This document shows positions 38,783 through 47,899 of a stretch of 64,000 nucleotides of DNA, one piece after another; position 1 is the first letter of the stretch; each line of letters opens with the position of its first letter. The DNA is from a virus, in the IMG/VR virus record IMGVR_UViG_3300050821_003647, positions 1 through 64,000 of that record; one strand, written 5' to 3'. Under the pieces are notes generated by a model that had not been told where the DNA came from, searched no databases, and saw only the letters and a program-made list of their open reading frames with translations. A program made the position numbers and the translations under genes.

Positions 38783-39402
38783 GGCGCAATCCGCTCAAAA
38801 GTAATCAGCCATTCATGAGGTTGAACCTTGGGACCAAGACCACCAGTAATAACATGGCATATGGCCAGAAATTTAGAACCTAATTCTTGCGGAACAGACT
38901 GGAAAATAGGTGCAAACTGTTCCACTCCTGGTGCTGTACCAAGGTCCTCAATCACATAGACCCCGCCCACATTTACAAAGGGCAAAAGGGTCTTGAGTGA
39001 TGTAATCTGGTGCTCACGCACATGTGAACCGTCATCCACGATCAAATCGAACAAGGGCGCGTCTTGATCGAATTTCGACAAGACTTCGACAAGTTGGCGC
39101 GGGTTGTTTTGGTCTGCTGTAAAAACACTAATTCGTTCTTCTTGATGCCTGAGGCAATCAGCGTTACTATCGATCCCCACGATATGGGCGTTAGGGAAGT
39201 ATTCCTTCCACATCCGGAGGCTCGATCCTGCATGCACGCCAATCTCCAGTACGTGTTTAATTTCATCGCGATGCTCCCCAAATAATTCGTGATACACAGG
39301 TGTGTATTCATGACAAGTATCACTATCGCCACCACCATACCGGTAGTGCTGACCACCCTTATCGGTTTCGTATTTTTTAGCTAGCTCGCAAAGTGGGGTC
39401 AT
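38779..39402 (-). CDS. class I SAM-dependent methyltransferase (TylF/CmcI-like, sugar O-methyltransferase-type)
   Basis: KYETDKG start, motif I VLEIGVHAGSSLRMW, DLIVDDGSH. AGGAGGA SD. Confidence 0.75.
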   Translation of the reverse strand: MTPLCELAKKYETDKGGQHYRYGGGDSDTCHEYTPVYHELFGEHRDEIKHVLEIGVHAGSSLRMWKEYFPNAHIVGIDSNADCLRHQEERISVFTADQNNPRQLVEVLSKFDQDAPLFDLIVDDGSHVREHQITSLKTLLPFVNVGGVYVIEDLGTAPGVEQFAPIFQSVPQELGSKFLAICHVITGGLGPKVQPHEWLITFERIAP

Positions 39403-40096
39403 ACGGTCCTCCTGGATAGTTGTCTAGTTGCGAAGCGTCGTACTCAGCAGCATACCATTGGAAAGGAAGCTTAGATACTTGCTCAACCAACGCCCAAATT
39501 GGCAGATCAAGCGGCACGGTCTTATGTCGAGAAATCCACTCTTTTAGTGTGTTTTTATACACAAGATCAATAGCCGGAATATAGGGGTCCGGCCAGATAT
39601 GTGTAGAACCACAGAAACGCCAATTATTGCAACCTGAATAGACCATTCCTTTTTTAGCAATTCCAGGGAATGGAATATAATTCATCGGCTTCTGTGACAA
39701 AGAAACACGCGCCAGAAAAGTTTTAACGCTATTCTCTGTCACAGGGTTATTCCGCCACGCTCCCTGCTTCAAAATACCATAATCCAACCAGCACCAAACC
39801 TCTACATCCGGGTGGACCTTTGATGCTTGTTCCGCCCAAGTCGTGCGCTGATGCTGCACAATATGCGACATAACATTGACTTCAGGCGATACATACCGAT
39901 CCGCAGGCACTGGCATATCAGTTGGAAGACCAGTACAAAGATTGTAAGCCCAACAATTCTCCAGCTTTCCACCTCCGACAAAAAACGTATGACCCTCGCA
40001 CGCCCTCGATAGCTTCCGCCCCAATTCATGGTAATCATCCTCTGACAGATGCTTCACAGGAAGCGGGATAAATCCAGTGACTACGCCGACCTTCAT
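39377..40096 (-). CDS. uncharacterised protein, paralogue A (candidate glycosyltransferase)
   Basis: Shares VVTG(F/Y)I..P, VQHQ(R/K)..W, VW(C/I).(L/I)DYGI and WRFCG(S/G) blocks with 40305..40970. Confidence 0.6.
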   Translation of the reverse strand: MKVGVVTGFIPLPVKHLSEDDYHELGRKLSRACEGHTFFVGGGKLENCWAYNLCTGLPTDMPVPADRYVSPEVNVMSHIVQHQRTTWAEQASKVHPDVEVWCWLDYGILKQGAWRNNPVTENSVKTFLARVSLSQKPMNYIPFPGIAKKGMVYSGCNNWRFCGSTHIWPDPYIPAIDLVYKNTLKEWISRHKTVPLDLPIWALVEQVSKLPFQWYAAEYDASQLDNYPGGPYDPTLRAS

Positions 40097-40308
40097 AGTG
40101 ACCCCGCCAATTTCTTAATCTTAGCTTTTACTTTTAACCCGCGTCGTGTTGCACTAGTCGCCCGTTTGTCTCGCCAAATTTGTACCCTTTTTACCTCACG
40201 AGAAAATTTGAAAATATGAGTTAGTCCACAATCACAACACCTTATTCGAAGAACTTTAGGCCAACTATCATAATCTCCACTTTTAACTTGCTCATATTTT
40301 GTACTCAT
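40093..40308 (-). CDS. 71-aa basic protein with CCDCGLTH motif
   Basis: ORF ATGA-coupled at both ends. Confidence 0.55.
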   Translation of the reverse strand: MSTKYEQVKSGDYDSWPKVLRIRCCDCGLTHIFKFSREVKRVQIWRDKRATSATRRGLKVKAKIKKLAGSL

Positions 40309-40970
40309 GGGGCACCTGTAAATATCGTTTCATTATGATCCGCTTGATACCATGCCATAGGAACTTGGTCAAGAAGTTCCAGCCTAGCAAGGGTGTTAAC
40401 TTCCCACTCCACGTTACGGGTCTCACTAATATAGCGAGCCGCGGTTCCCATCGCATACGCCGTAAACGGCTTTACCAGTGCACGAGGCACGATCATTACG
40501 CCGCCGCAAAAACGCCAGCATGGGTGTGCTGGATCGATATCCTGTTTCTTAATCCAACAGCCAGGGAGTGTCACCTTTCCATAACTGTCCACCCGGTTTA
40601 GGAACTTACTAATTACCGAGGCGGTAACACCGGGTACATGCATGATGCCGTAGTCAATCCAGACAAATATTTCAGCCTCTTTATCTTCCGCTGCCGCAGT
40701 ACGCAACCATTCAAACTTTTGGTGCTGCACACAGTGATACGCAATTGTATTCTTGTCGGGGTTATCCGACACTGAATGAGACAGATTTGGTACACCTTTG
40801 ATAAAAGACGCTAGCCACGTATCCTGTACCTTCTGTTGCTCGCTGTCGAACACAAGCGCTTCAACGTCCCCTAGAGAACCCAATAGCTGTTCCCCTAGCG
40901 CCTTGTAGTCGTGGGCACCACGAGGGTGATTAGGAATATCGATATACCCAGTGACGACCTTTACGCCCAT
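40305..40970 (-). CDS. uncharacterised protein, paralogue B (candidate glycosyltransferase)
   Basis: ATG at 40970 (GAGGGA SD) gives MGVKVVTGYI.., colinear with paralogue A's MKVGVVTGFI.. Confidence 0.6.
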   Translation of the reverse strand: MGVKVVTGYIDIPNHPRGAHDYKALGEQLLGSLGDVEALVFDSEQQKVQDTWLASFIKGVPNLSHSVSDNPDKNTIAYHCVQHQKFEWLRTAAAEDKEAEIFVWIDYGIMHVPGVTASVISKFLNRVDSYGKVTLPGCWIKKQDIDPAHPCWRFCGGVMIVPRALVKPFTAYAMGTAARYISETRNVEWEVNTLARLELLDQVPMAWYQADHNETIFTGAP

Positions 40971-42979
40971 AGCAAATCCCTCACTTCGTGCTCGTCTATT
41001 GTTGCAAGCCATGCTTCACGATCAAGCACACCAAACGAGACGATGAACCTATTGAAATGCTCGTCGTGCGCTAATCCCGCAACAAATTCAATTTGCTTAT
41101 CAAAGAATACAAATGGTTTAGAGATTTTAACCAACTCATAGTTCTGGTTAAACCACACAAATCGGTGCTGGTAATATCTCTTTCCGTTGGTAGGGTCCGG
41201 ACGTGCCTCGTGAACGATTGCAACCCAACCACCGTCAAACGGTATACACTGACCACCACCTGAAAGTTGATCTATTGCCTTGGTAACCGGTTGCCGGCCT
41301 ATAACATTACCCTTTTCATCAATTCTAATTTCAGGTTTATAAATAAACTCAACACCCTTTTCTTTCAATGGTCCATCCCAACTATCCATGTAGTTTTTAT
41401 TACCTAGTATAGGCATCCAATTCTTTTGGTTTTCTTTAGGGTATATTCGCGGCTCGATATATCGCCAGTCTGTAACCTCGCCAGTATCTGGGTTAAGCTT
41501 CATAAAAAACTGTTCACGCCATGCTTGTGGGTTTTGTTCAAGCACACATCCGTTTGCCCAAAGTTCTCCGTTTATCGGGATAAGTCTCATATCCTCAACA
41601 TCAAGCACATCCTTGAACACAGGTTCGGGGAACCCAGTAGGACGCTGAAGTTCTACCGCTTTTTCGAGGAACCACCCCTGGTGATTTTCATTAAAATCAG
41701 CCAAATAGCTAGTGGTACGAATAGCAGAGTTACCGTTATAATCGTAGCTACCATCAGGTCTAATCCTATAACTAACCGTTCGCACAATTGCCTTCACCTT
41801 ATCGCCCACGAAAGCAACAGATGGGTTAGAATTCACAAACTTGCTATCCGGATTTACCTCCGGAATACGCCACGCCTTAAAAGACCGTGCGTAATTCTTG
41901 ATCGGCTGCAAATACCAGAACAAGTTCCGCCTAGCAGTCTCACGGACAACATCGGGCACCTTGCGCATAAGGGAAAGCTTATCAGCAGCAGCAAAGCCAA
42001 TATCCCGTGTCTTATCGTTGTAAGCCCCCAGTATAGACAGTTCCTCAGTGAACCCATAATCATAAACATGTTCCTCGACAAACAACAAATCACCCGGCTT
42101 CTTTATCTTCGACCCAGCCTGGGCAAAAAGCCAGCCAGACTGTTGTTGATTGTCCTTTTCACGATAATGCCGGGCAAGATCGTAAAGGGGTTCTGCCCGC
42201 GAGGGCCGCGAGTTATATGCATCCAAAGACGCTTGAATAAATTCAGCCTCTTTACCTAGGGCTCGGTAGCACCGTGCGATGGCGAGTTTGGCGTACCAAC
42301 ATTCTTCGTCCCATCCGCCAACGTCAACTCTGCGTCGGTAGAACTCGATCGCCCGGGTATGGTCACCACTGTCACGGTAAGTCTGGGCAAGATAAAATAG
42401 AGTGCGCCCGTCGTTAGGGTGGCTATTAAGATACTCAGTAAGAAGTCGTGTATCACGGACATATTTTTCACTCCTATTGGAACCTGTAGCATGGTCTCGA
42501 AACCACCAGCAATCGGTTGAAAGCTTAGCCGGTGGTGCATCAAGGTACTCGTGCGTCACACCGTGGTACTTGCGATCCGAGCCTTTTCGCAAAAGTCTTG
42601 CATTGTAATACGCAAGCGATCCTTGGCGCTGCAAAAGGCTATAACATTCTTCGGTAAGTTTTGGTAGTGGTCCATCAACCACTAGTTCCATGTCTGCATC
42701 GCAGAACATGATATAGTCAAACCCTGCATGGAACCGTTGCGCATAGAACAACGCCTTATTGCGGGCTTGCTCAAAATTCTTGAACTCACCCTCTACAATC
42801 TGATGTGGGATACTATGTGTATTAAACATGGACCGCATAAGCGCTTGTGATCCATCCGTGGACCCTGTATCAAAAATTACCGCCGCGGTAATATGTGGAC
42901 ACACGCTCGCAAGCATACGAGGCAAGTTCACCATTTCATTCTTGATGATGGCATTAAGACAAATGCGTGGCTGCGACAT
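40961..42979 (-). CDS. family-2 glycosyltransferase fused to TPR repeats and a ~380-aa C-terminal beta-rich domain
   Basis: IIKNE..VIFDTGSTDGS..FCDADM (GT-A DxD). TPR-like FYLAQTYRDSGDHTRAIEFYRRR..WYAKLAIARCYRALGK. I could not assign the C-terminal domain. Confidence 0.8.
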   Translation of the reverse strand: MSQPRICLNAIIKNEMVNLPRMLASVCPHITAAVIFDTGSTDGSQALMRSMFNTHSIPHQIVEGEFKNFEQARNKALFYAQRFHAGFDYIMFCDADMELVVDGPLPKLTEECYSLLQRQGSLAYYNARLLRKGSDRKYHGVTHEYLDAPPAKLSTDCWWFRDHATGSNRSEKYVRDTRLLTEYLNSHPNDGRTLFYLAQTYRDSGDHTRAIEFYRRRVDVGGWDEECWYAKLAIARCYRALGKEAEFIQASLDAYNSRPSRAEPLYDLARHYREKDNQQQSGWLFAQAGSKIKKPGDLLFVEEHVYDYGFTEELSILGAYNDKTRDIGFAAADKLSLMRKVPDVVRETARRNLFWYLQPIKNYARSFKAWRIPEVNPDSKFVNSNPSVAFVGDKVKAIVRTVSYRIRPDGSYDYNGNSAIRTTSYLADFNENHQGWFLEKAVELQRPTGFPEPVFKDVLDVEDMRLIPINGELWANGCVLEQNPQAWREQFFMKLNPDTGEVTDWRYIEPRIYPKENQKNWMPILGNKNYMDSWDGPLKEKGVEFIYKPEIRIDEKGNVIGRQPVTKAIDQLSGGGQCIPFDGGWVAIVHEARPDPTNGKRYYQHRFVWFNQNYELVKISKPFVFFDKQIEFVAGLAHDEHFNRFIVSFGVLDREAWLATIDEHEVRDLLWA

Positions 42980-43011
42980 GGAGTGGGGCTCCTGTTTCGC
43001 TATGTACTACC

Positions 43012-43884
43012 TTAGCCAGCAGAGATTGTCAAGGTCCCCTGAAGGGCATTCACACCGGTAGCACCGGGCGCAGCCCCGTCGTAGAACGTATCCGTGTAGT
43101 CAAGGTTCGCAACCAACTTAAACCACACCGCGCCATTGATATGTGGGTCCCAAGTTGGCGGGATAAACAGCCCACCGGTTGGACCAGTAACACCTTGGGT
43201 AACGTCAGCACCATCATTACCATCCGCAGCACCAGACCCGCCACCCGGAGTAACAATTCGTTGGATCGTTTTGAAGGCGCCAAACACACCTGGACCAGTA
43301 GGACCAGTAGGACCAGTTTGACCAGTAGGACCAGTCGGCGGATTAGGACCAGTAGGACCGGTACCGCCAGCCCCAGTAATGCCCGTTGGCCCTGTAGACA
43401 ACGTAGGTCCAGTAGGCCCCGTAGGGCCACTATTACCATAAAGCCCAGTAGGACCGGTATCACCCTGTCGTGGCTTCACACCTGTTGGACCGGTCACACC
43501 AGTAAAGCTTGACCCTGAAGGACCAGTAGGACCGGAAATACCCTGAGCACCAGTCGGTGTAGTGGGGAAAAATCCAGTAGGACCGGCAACGCCAGTAGGA
43601 CCAGTAGGACCGGTCGAAGGTCCAGTGACGCCAGTAAACCCTGTTTGACCCGTAGGTCCGGTAGGCCCCCGTGGCGCAGCACCGGTAGGACCAGTCGCAC
43701 CGGTCTTACCAGTAGGACCAGTTGGTCCACCCACATTGGTAAAGCCAGCCGTGCACCCGCCAAGATTGACGATATCCACAACCTGCTTCAGAATGTCACG
43801 GATATACCCGCCCCATGCCTTATCATAATTTCGCGCAGAGCGAATGCCAGGACCGTTAAATGCGCCAGTAGCACCGGTTGCCAT
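43012..43884 (-). CDS. collagen-like fibre protein (portal-proximal pair, member 2)
   Basis: [13 protein letters not shown]-terminal domain, G-X-T runs, C-terminal DPHINGAVW...GTLTISAG. Confidence 0.8.
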   Translation of the reverse strand: MATGATGAFNGPGIRSARNYDKAWGGYIRDILKQVVDIVNLGGCTAGFTNVGGPTGPTGKTGATGPTGAAPRGPTGPTGQTGFTGVTGPSTGPTGPTGVAGPTGFFPTTPTGAQGISGPTGPSGSSFTGVTGPTGVKPRQGDTGPTGLYGNSGPTGPTGPTLSTGPTGITGAGGTGPTGPNPPTGPTGQTGPTGPTGPGVFGAFKTIQRIVTPGGGSGAADGNDGADVTQGVTGPTGGLFIPPTWDPHINGAVWFKLVANLDYTDTFYDGAAPGATGVNALQGTLTISAG

Positions 43885-43896
43885 TCCAATCTCCTA

Positions 43897-44511
43897 TTAA
43901 CCAGCCGAGACGGTCAGCACACCTGCGTTGCTCCAAACCGCGCCCTTGATATGTGGATCGCTGGTCGGCGCCACAAAGAGCCAATTGCCACCCTGAGCAC
44001 CGGTATTCCCAGTAGCACCAGTAGGTCCAGTCGAAGCACCAGTAGGTCCAGTCGCTGAATTAGGACCAGTAGGGCCTGTTGGCCCAGTAGCAGGACCTGG
44101 ACCGGTCACACCAGTTGGCCCCGTCTGACCAGTCGGACCTGTTGCCCCACCCGTCGCAGCCGGCCCCGCTACACCCGTAGGACCAGTCACACCAGTCGCG
44201 TTTGCACCAGTAACACCGGTTGGCCCGGTAGGCCCTGTAGGCCCACCAGCCGGCCCGGTAGGACCAGTAACGCCGGTATAACCAGTTGCAGGAGAAGTAC
44301 CAGTCGGACCCGTGTTACCGGTTGGACCAGTTGGTCCAGTTGGCCCAGTAGTACCAGTCGCACCACCAGTTGGTCCAGTAGCCCCAGTGTTTGCCTGAGG
44401 ACCAGTCGGCCCACCAATATTACCCGCATTGATCGCATCCACAACCTGCTTAAGAACAGGACCGATCGTTTGCAAATCATAGAAACGCGAACTGCGGATG
44501 TTGTAGGTCAT
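43897..44511 (-). CDS. collagen-like fibre protein (portal-proximal pair, member 1)
   Basis: [13 protein letters not shown]-terminal domain, G-X-T runs, C-terminal [20 protein letters not shown]. Confidence 0.8.
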   Translation of the reverse strand: MTYNIRSSRFYDLQTIGPVLKQVVDAINAGNIGGPTGPQANTGATGPTGGATGTTGPTGPTGPTGNTGPTGTSPATGYTGVTGPTGPAGGPTGPTGPTGVTGANATGVTGPTGVAGPAATGGATGPTGQTGPTGVTGPGPATGPTGPTGPNSATGPTGASTGPTGATGNTGAQGGNWLFVAPTSDPHIKGAVWSNAGVLTVSAG

Positions 44512-44569
44512 GATCCTATCTCCGAAGAATTCTTCACCATGGTCTTACTTGGTCCAGGTAAACATACCG

Positions 44570-44938
44570 TTAGGGGCGAACTTCCCAGTCAATCGAACCA
44601 TCGCAATCGCCCGCACTTGCTGTCGAAGCACTCGCCCCGGAAGCAGTCGTAATTGCCCAAGCCATACCGTTAACACATTTCAAACCAGCCAAACCCGTGT
44701 ACTGAGCAGGAGGCGCTCCCTGGTTAGCCGATGTACCAGCAGAAATACCAAACTGCCACGTTGGTTTATCCACCCCCAAAACCGGTGCCCGCCCTAGATC
44801 AAAAATCTGCAAATAGCGGATAGACGTAGTGTGATTAAACACATAAAATGCGCTAACCTTACAAAAACCAATATGAACCAACTGAGTTGCCGGTGTAACC
44901 GATAAATCAACTGGTGAAAAACCAAACGGGTTACCCAT
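44570..44938 (-). CDS. hypothetical beta-rich head-module protein
   Basis: GGAGA SD. 122-aa ORF directly after the portal gene. Confidence 0.6.
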   Translation of the reverse strand: MGNPFGFSPVDLSVTPATQLVHIGFCKVSAFYVFNHTTSIRYLQIFDLGRAPVLGVDKPTWQFGISAGTSANQGAPPAQYTGLAGLKCVNGMAWAITTASGASASTASAGDCDGSIDWEVRP

Positions 44939-44949
44939 GGCTATCTCCC

Positions 44950-47316
44950 TTAACCGGCGCCACCTTGAATAGGTATAGCTCCAGGTCCTTTAGAATTCCC
45001 TACCGTCGCAGTTTGCGGTCCCATGTGGTTAGTACTCAACTGACTTGGCCGTGATCCTTGCGCACGGGCAGCGGCGTGAGCCGGGCTTGAAGGTGGTCCT
45101 TGAGGACCAGATGGCTTTCCTGGCCCACCAGACTGGCCTTGGGAACCCCCAGGAGCCGACTGGCTCCCAGGAGGCCCACCGGGCGTACCACCCCCTGGAG
45201 CAGTTCCTAGGTGGACGGGAGGCCCAAGGGGAAGCCTCTCGTCTTGAGCAAGTTGGCCTGCGGTCAACTCTTTAGTAATCTGCTGTACACCGGCCTGGAC
45301 ACCAGCCTGGACACCCTTGGAGACAGCCTGGGCCGCGGCAGCACCTTGCGCATTATCTTGTTCTGCCTTTTGCATCTGATCAAGCTTATCGTCATCCGGA
45401 ACGATCTCTTCGCCACACAGACCAATCGTGCTAGATACCGCCCGCAGAACTTGACCTCGGCCTTTAAGTCCAACGATCTTCTGATCAACCGGGTTCGCAG
45501 TCGCCTGAAGGAACTCGATCTGGCGTTGACGTTGAGTTTCACGCTGGATTGCCACATTCACACCCTGGACGCTCACTCTCTCTTCGCCAGTAAGCAAGCC
45601 ACTTGTGTCGGTTAGCAAAATAAGATCGAAAAGCTGAAGCAGAGCTAGCTCCATCACTTCTCGGTCTACATTAGCGGATACAGTCTGCAAAATTTTTGAC
45701 GCGTTGCCCATAAGCATGGCCAGCCCTGACGCGGTACGCCCCGCGTTGCCGCCAGCTTGTCCACCGATATATTTCGGAATTGCAGAAACATCGTCCGCTA
45801 CTTCCGTCAGATACTGCAACACCTTCACGAGTTTGTCCGAATTGTCCATCGGTTGGAAAAAACCCATTGGCTCCCTGGTTGCCGTAGTGCCCGTGAGATA
45901 ATTCTTCCTGATATGCCACCGCTTCCATGGGAACATATCCTCTGTGTTCTCATTTGGGTCCATCTGATCGTCATCGATCCACACCTGGGGACCAGACGCG
46001 ATCGAAAGGTTATTGATCAGCGACCGCATCGTTGCGTTAGAAGCTTCTTGAATATCGGAAAGGAGGTCGGTAAGTCCGTTTCCAACTGGCGTTCCCGGGA
46101 CTTTTTCAAATGAAGTAATGAAATAAGGGTGACGCATTCGCGGCGACGGTGACAACTGCGCTTTAATGACGTGGGAACCGATGCACCACACTTGCATGTG
46201 GTAATCCCTAAGTTCATCTTGCACAGCGAGCCCGTAGTCTTGAAGAACTCGACCTTGGACATTACCGTTAAACTCCATCATCGACAACATGCCAGACCGG
46301 TTCCAAGCAGGGTTCTCCCTACTCTCAAGAACAGCCCGTTCAGCATCTGTCAGGTCCCAATTATCATATAGACCACCGCGGCCATATTCGTCAAGAACCG
46401 CCTGAATTTCAGCATTATTATATCCAGGCAAACCAAGCAATTCATTCAACTCAGCACGAGTAACCTGCTTCTTTTCGATGATATTCGCATTCTCAATCGA
46501 AGCAACGCCAGGGGTCCACCACAAATCAAACGGAGACACACGCTCCCATGTCAATGTCGGCTTCATCTCAACAGTAGGCTGGCCTTGGCCACCTTGAGGC
46601 CATGTTACCGTTGGCACCATACGGACAATAGGGCCTTTGATACAGGCAAATGGGAAAATGGGAAGATCAACAAGAAACTCAGCAAGAGCATGGTAAAAAC
46701 CGCCTTCTCGAAGGATTTCGTCAATCTTATCCTCACTGTCCCGTGCCTGATCACTTGCCTTCTTTTTGGCCGCATCCATAGCACTCTCAAGAAGTGCCTG
46801 TTTACGCTTCTGAACATCAACAGGCGACGGCGGTTGACCTATAGTCTGTTGGATCATCCCAGCTTCTTGCTGGACCAATTGGTCAATTTTTTGCTTAATT
46901 TCATCGGGAATTTGCGGATCGCTAGTTGGTTTCAATCCCCATGGCCGATCCGGACCTAGATAAATATCACGCAAAAGAGAACTTGCAGCCCTGCACTTCT
47001 GCGCAATCATACGCATGTAGACTTCGGACCCACCCCAACGGCGTATCTGCTGTAGCTTGGTGGCGTCATATTGACCGTTAAAGGCGCGCAAAGCGATCAA
47101 AAGGCGCTCAGACCAACCCTGCTGCGTATTCCGGTGATTACGGAAAATTTCATACTGCCCCTTGATATAAGACACCAAGGTTGACACATCAGGCTGTGTC
47201 TGCGATTGTGCATTGGCATTGGCCTGCGCCTGCATAGACGCCTGCTTCTGTTGCTGGGCATCTAAAATAGCAGGGGGGACAACTTGAATTACACCGTTTT
47301 GCCCAAGAGCAGCCAT
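44950..47316 (-). CDS. portal protein
   Basis: ~788 aa, first gene of the virion operon and divergent from the packaging genes. G/P/S/Q-rich C-terminal tail. ATG at 47316. Confidence 0.65.
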   Translation of the reverse strand: MAALGQNGVIQVVPPAILDAQQQKQASMQAQANANAQSQTQPDVSTLVSYIKGQYEIFRNHRNTQQGWSERLLIALRAFNGQYDATKLQQIRRWGGSEVYMRMIAQKCRAASSLLRDIYLGPDRPWGLKPTSDPQIPDEIKQKIDQLVQQEAGMIQQTIGQPPSPVDVQKRKQALLESAMDAAKKKASDQARDSEDKIDEILREGGFYHALAEFLVDLPIFPFACIKGPIVRMVPTVTWPQGGQGQPTVEMKPTLTWERVSPFDLWWTPGVASIENANIIEKKQVTRAELNELLGLPGYNNAEIQAVLDEYGRGGLYDNWDLTDAERAVLESRENPAWNRSGMLSMMEFNGNVQGRVLQDYGLAVQDELRDYHMQVWCIGSHVIKAQLSPSPRMRHPYFITSFEKVPGTPVGNGLTDLLSDIQEASNATMRSLINNLSIASGPQVWIDDDQMDPNENTEDMFPWKRWHIRKNYLTGTTATREPMGFFQPMDNSDKLVKVLQYLTEVADDVSAIPKYIGGQAGGNAGRTASGLAMLMGNASKILQTVSANVDREVMELALLQLFDLILLTDTSGLLTGEERVSVQGVNVAIQRETQRQRQIEFLQATANPVDQKIVGLKGRGQVLRAVSSTIGLCGEEIVPDDDKLDQMQKAEQDNAQGAAAAQAVSKGVQAGVQAGVQQITKELTAGQLAQDERLPLGPPVHLGTAPGGGTPGGPPGSQSAPGGSQGQSGGPGKPSGPQGPPSSPAHAAARAQGSRPSQLSTNHMGPQTATVGNSKGPGAIPIQGGAG

Positions 47317-47353
47317 GAACAATCCATTAGGGGAACTAGGTTAAGAACTCGTC

Positions 47354-47899
47354 ATGACACAGATAGTCCCCACGCTGCCCGCTGTTACCGTGCCGGTAAT
47401 CCCGGATGCACCACAACTCACCATTGTTATAGTCGCCGGCCTAGCCAGGGAAATTGCAATGGGGATACGGGAGGTACCCGATATCCTTGAGACCTACAAG
47501 CTATCGCCAGCAGATTACGAAAAACTTAAGGATCACGAGGTCTTCGTTAAGCTGGTTGACAGCGCCCGAATTGAATGGCATGCTGCGACTAACACTCCAG
47601 GGAGAACCCAGATAGAAGCAGCCGCCGCCCTCGAACAGGCTATTCCAGTAGCCTACGCACGAGCAATCAGCGGTAATGAGGCAATGAACCATGTCACTGA
47701 CTTCCTCAAGCTTCTCGCAGATATCGGAGGTGTCCGGAAAGACCCAAGCAAAGCCTCCCCGGGAGAGAGGTTCCAAATCAACATCAACCTTGGGGCTGAT
47801 ACGACGATTTCACTCGATGGGTCTAAGATGCCCATCTCAGGTGATCCAGTCCTACAAGCCCTTCCGATGCCTGAGATTGATAAAGAGGAGCGCGTCTAA
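47354..47899 (+). CDS. hypothetical protein (small-terminase position)
   Basis: 181-aa ORF, first gene of the packaging operon. No motif recognised. Confidence 0.55.
   Translation: MTQIVPTLPAVTVPVIPDAPQLTIVIVAGLAREIAMGIREVPDILETYKLSPADYEKLKDHEVFVKLVDSARIEWHAATNTPGRTQIEAAAALEQAIPVAYARAISGNEAMNHVTDFLKLLADIGGVRKDPSKASPGERFQININLGADTTISLDGSKMPISGDPVLQALPMPEIDKEERV

Noticed and set aside
41426-42259. 277-aa + strand ORF opposite the GT2-TPR gene
   Set aside because: The minus-strand frame carries clear GT2 and TPR motifs. The + frame has no motif and no ribosome-binding site.
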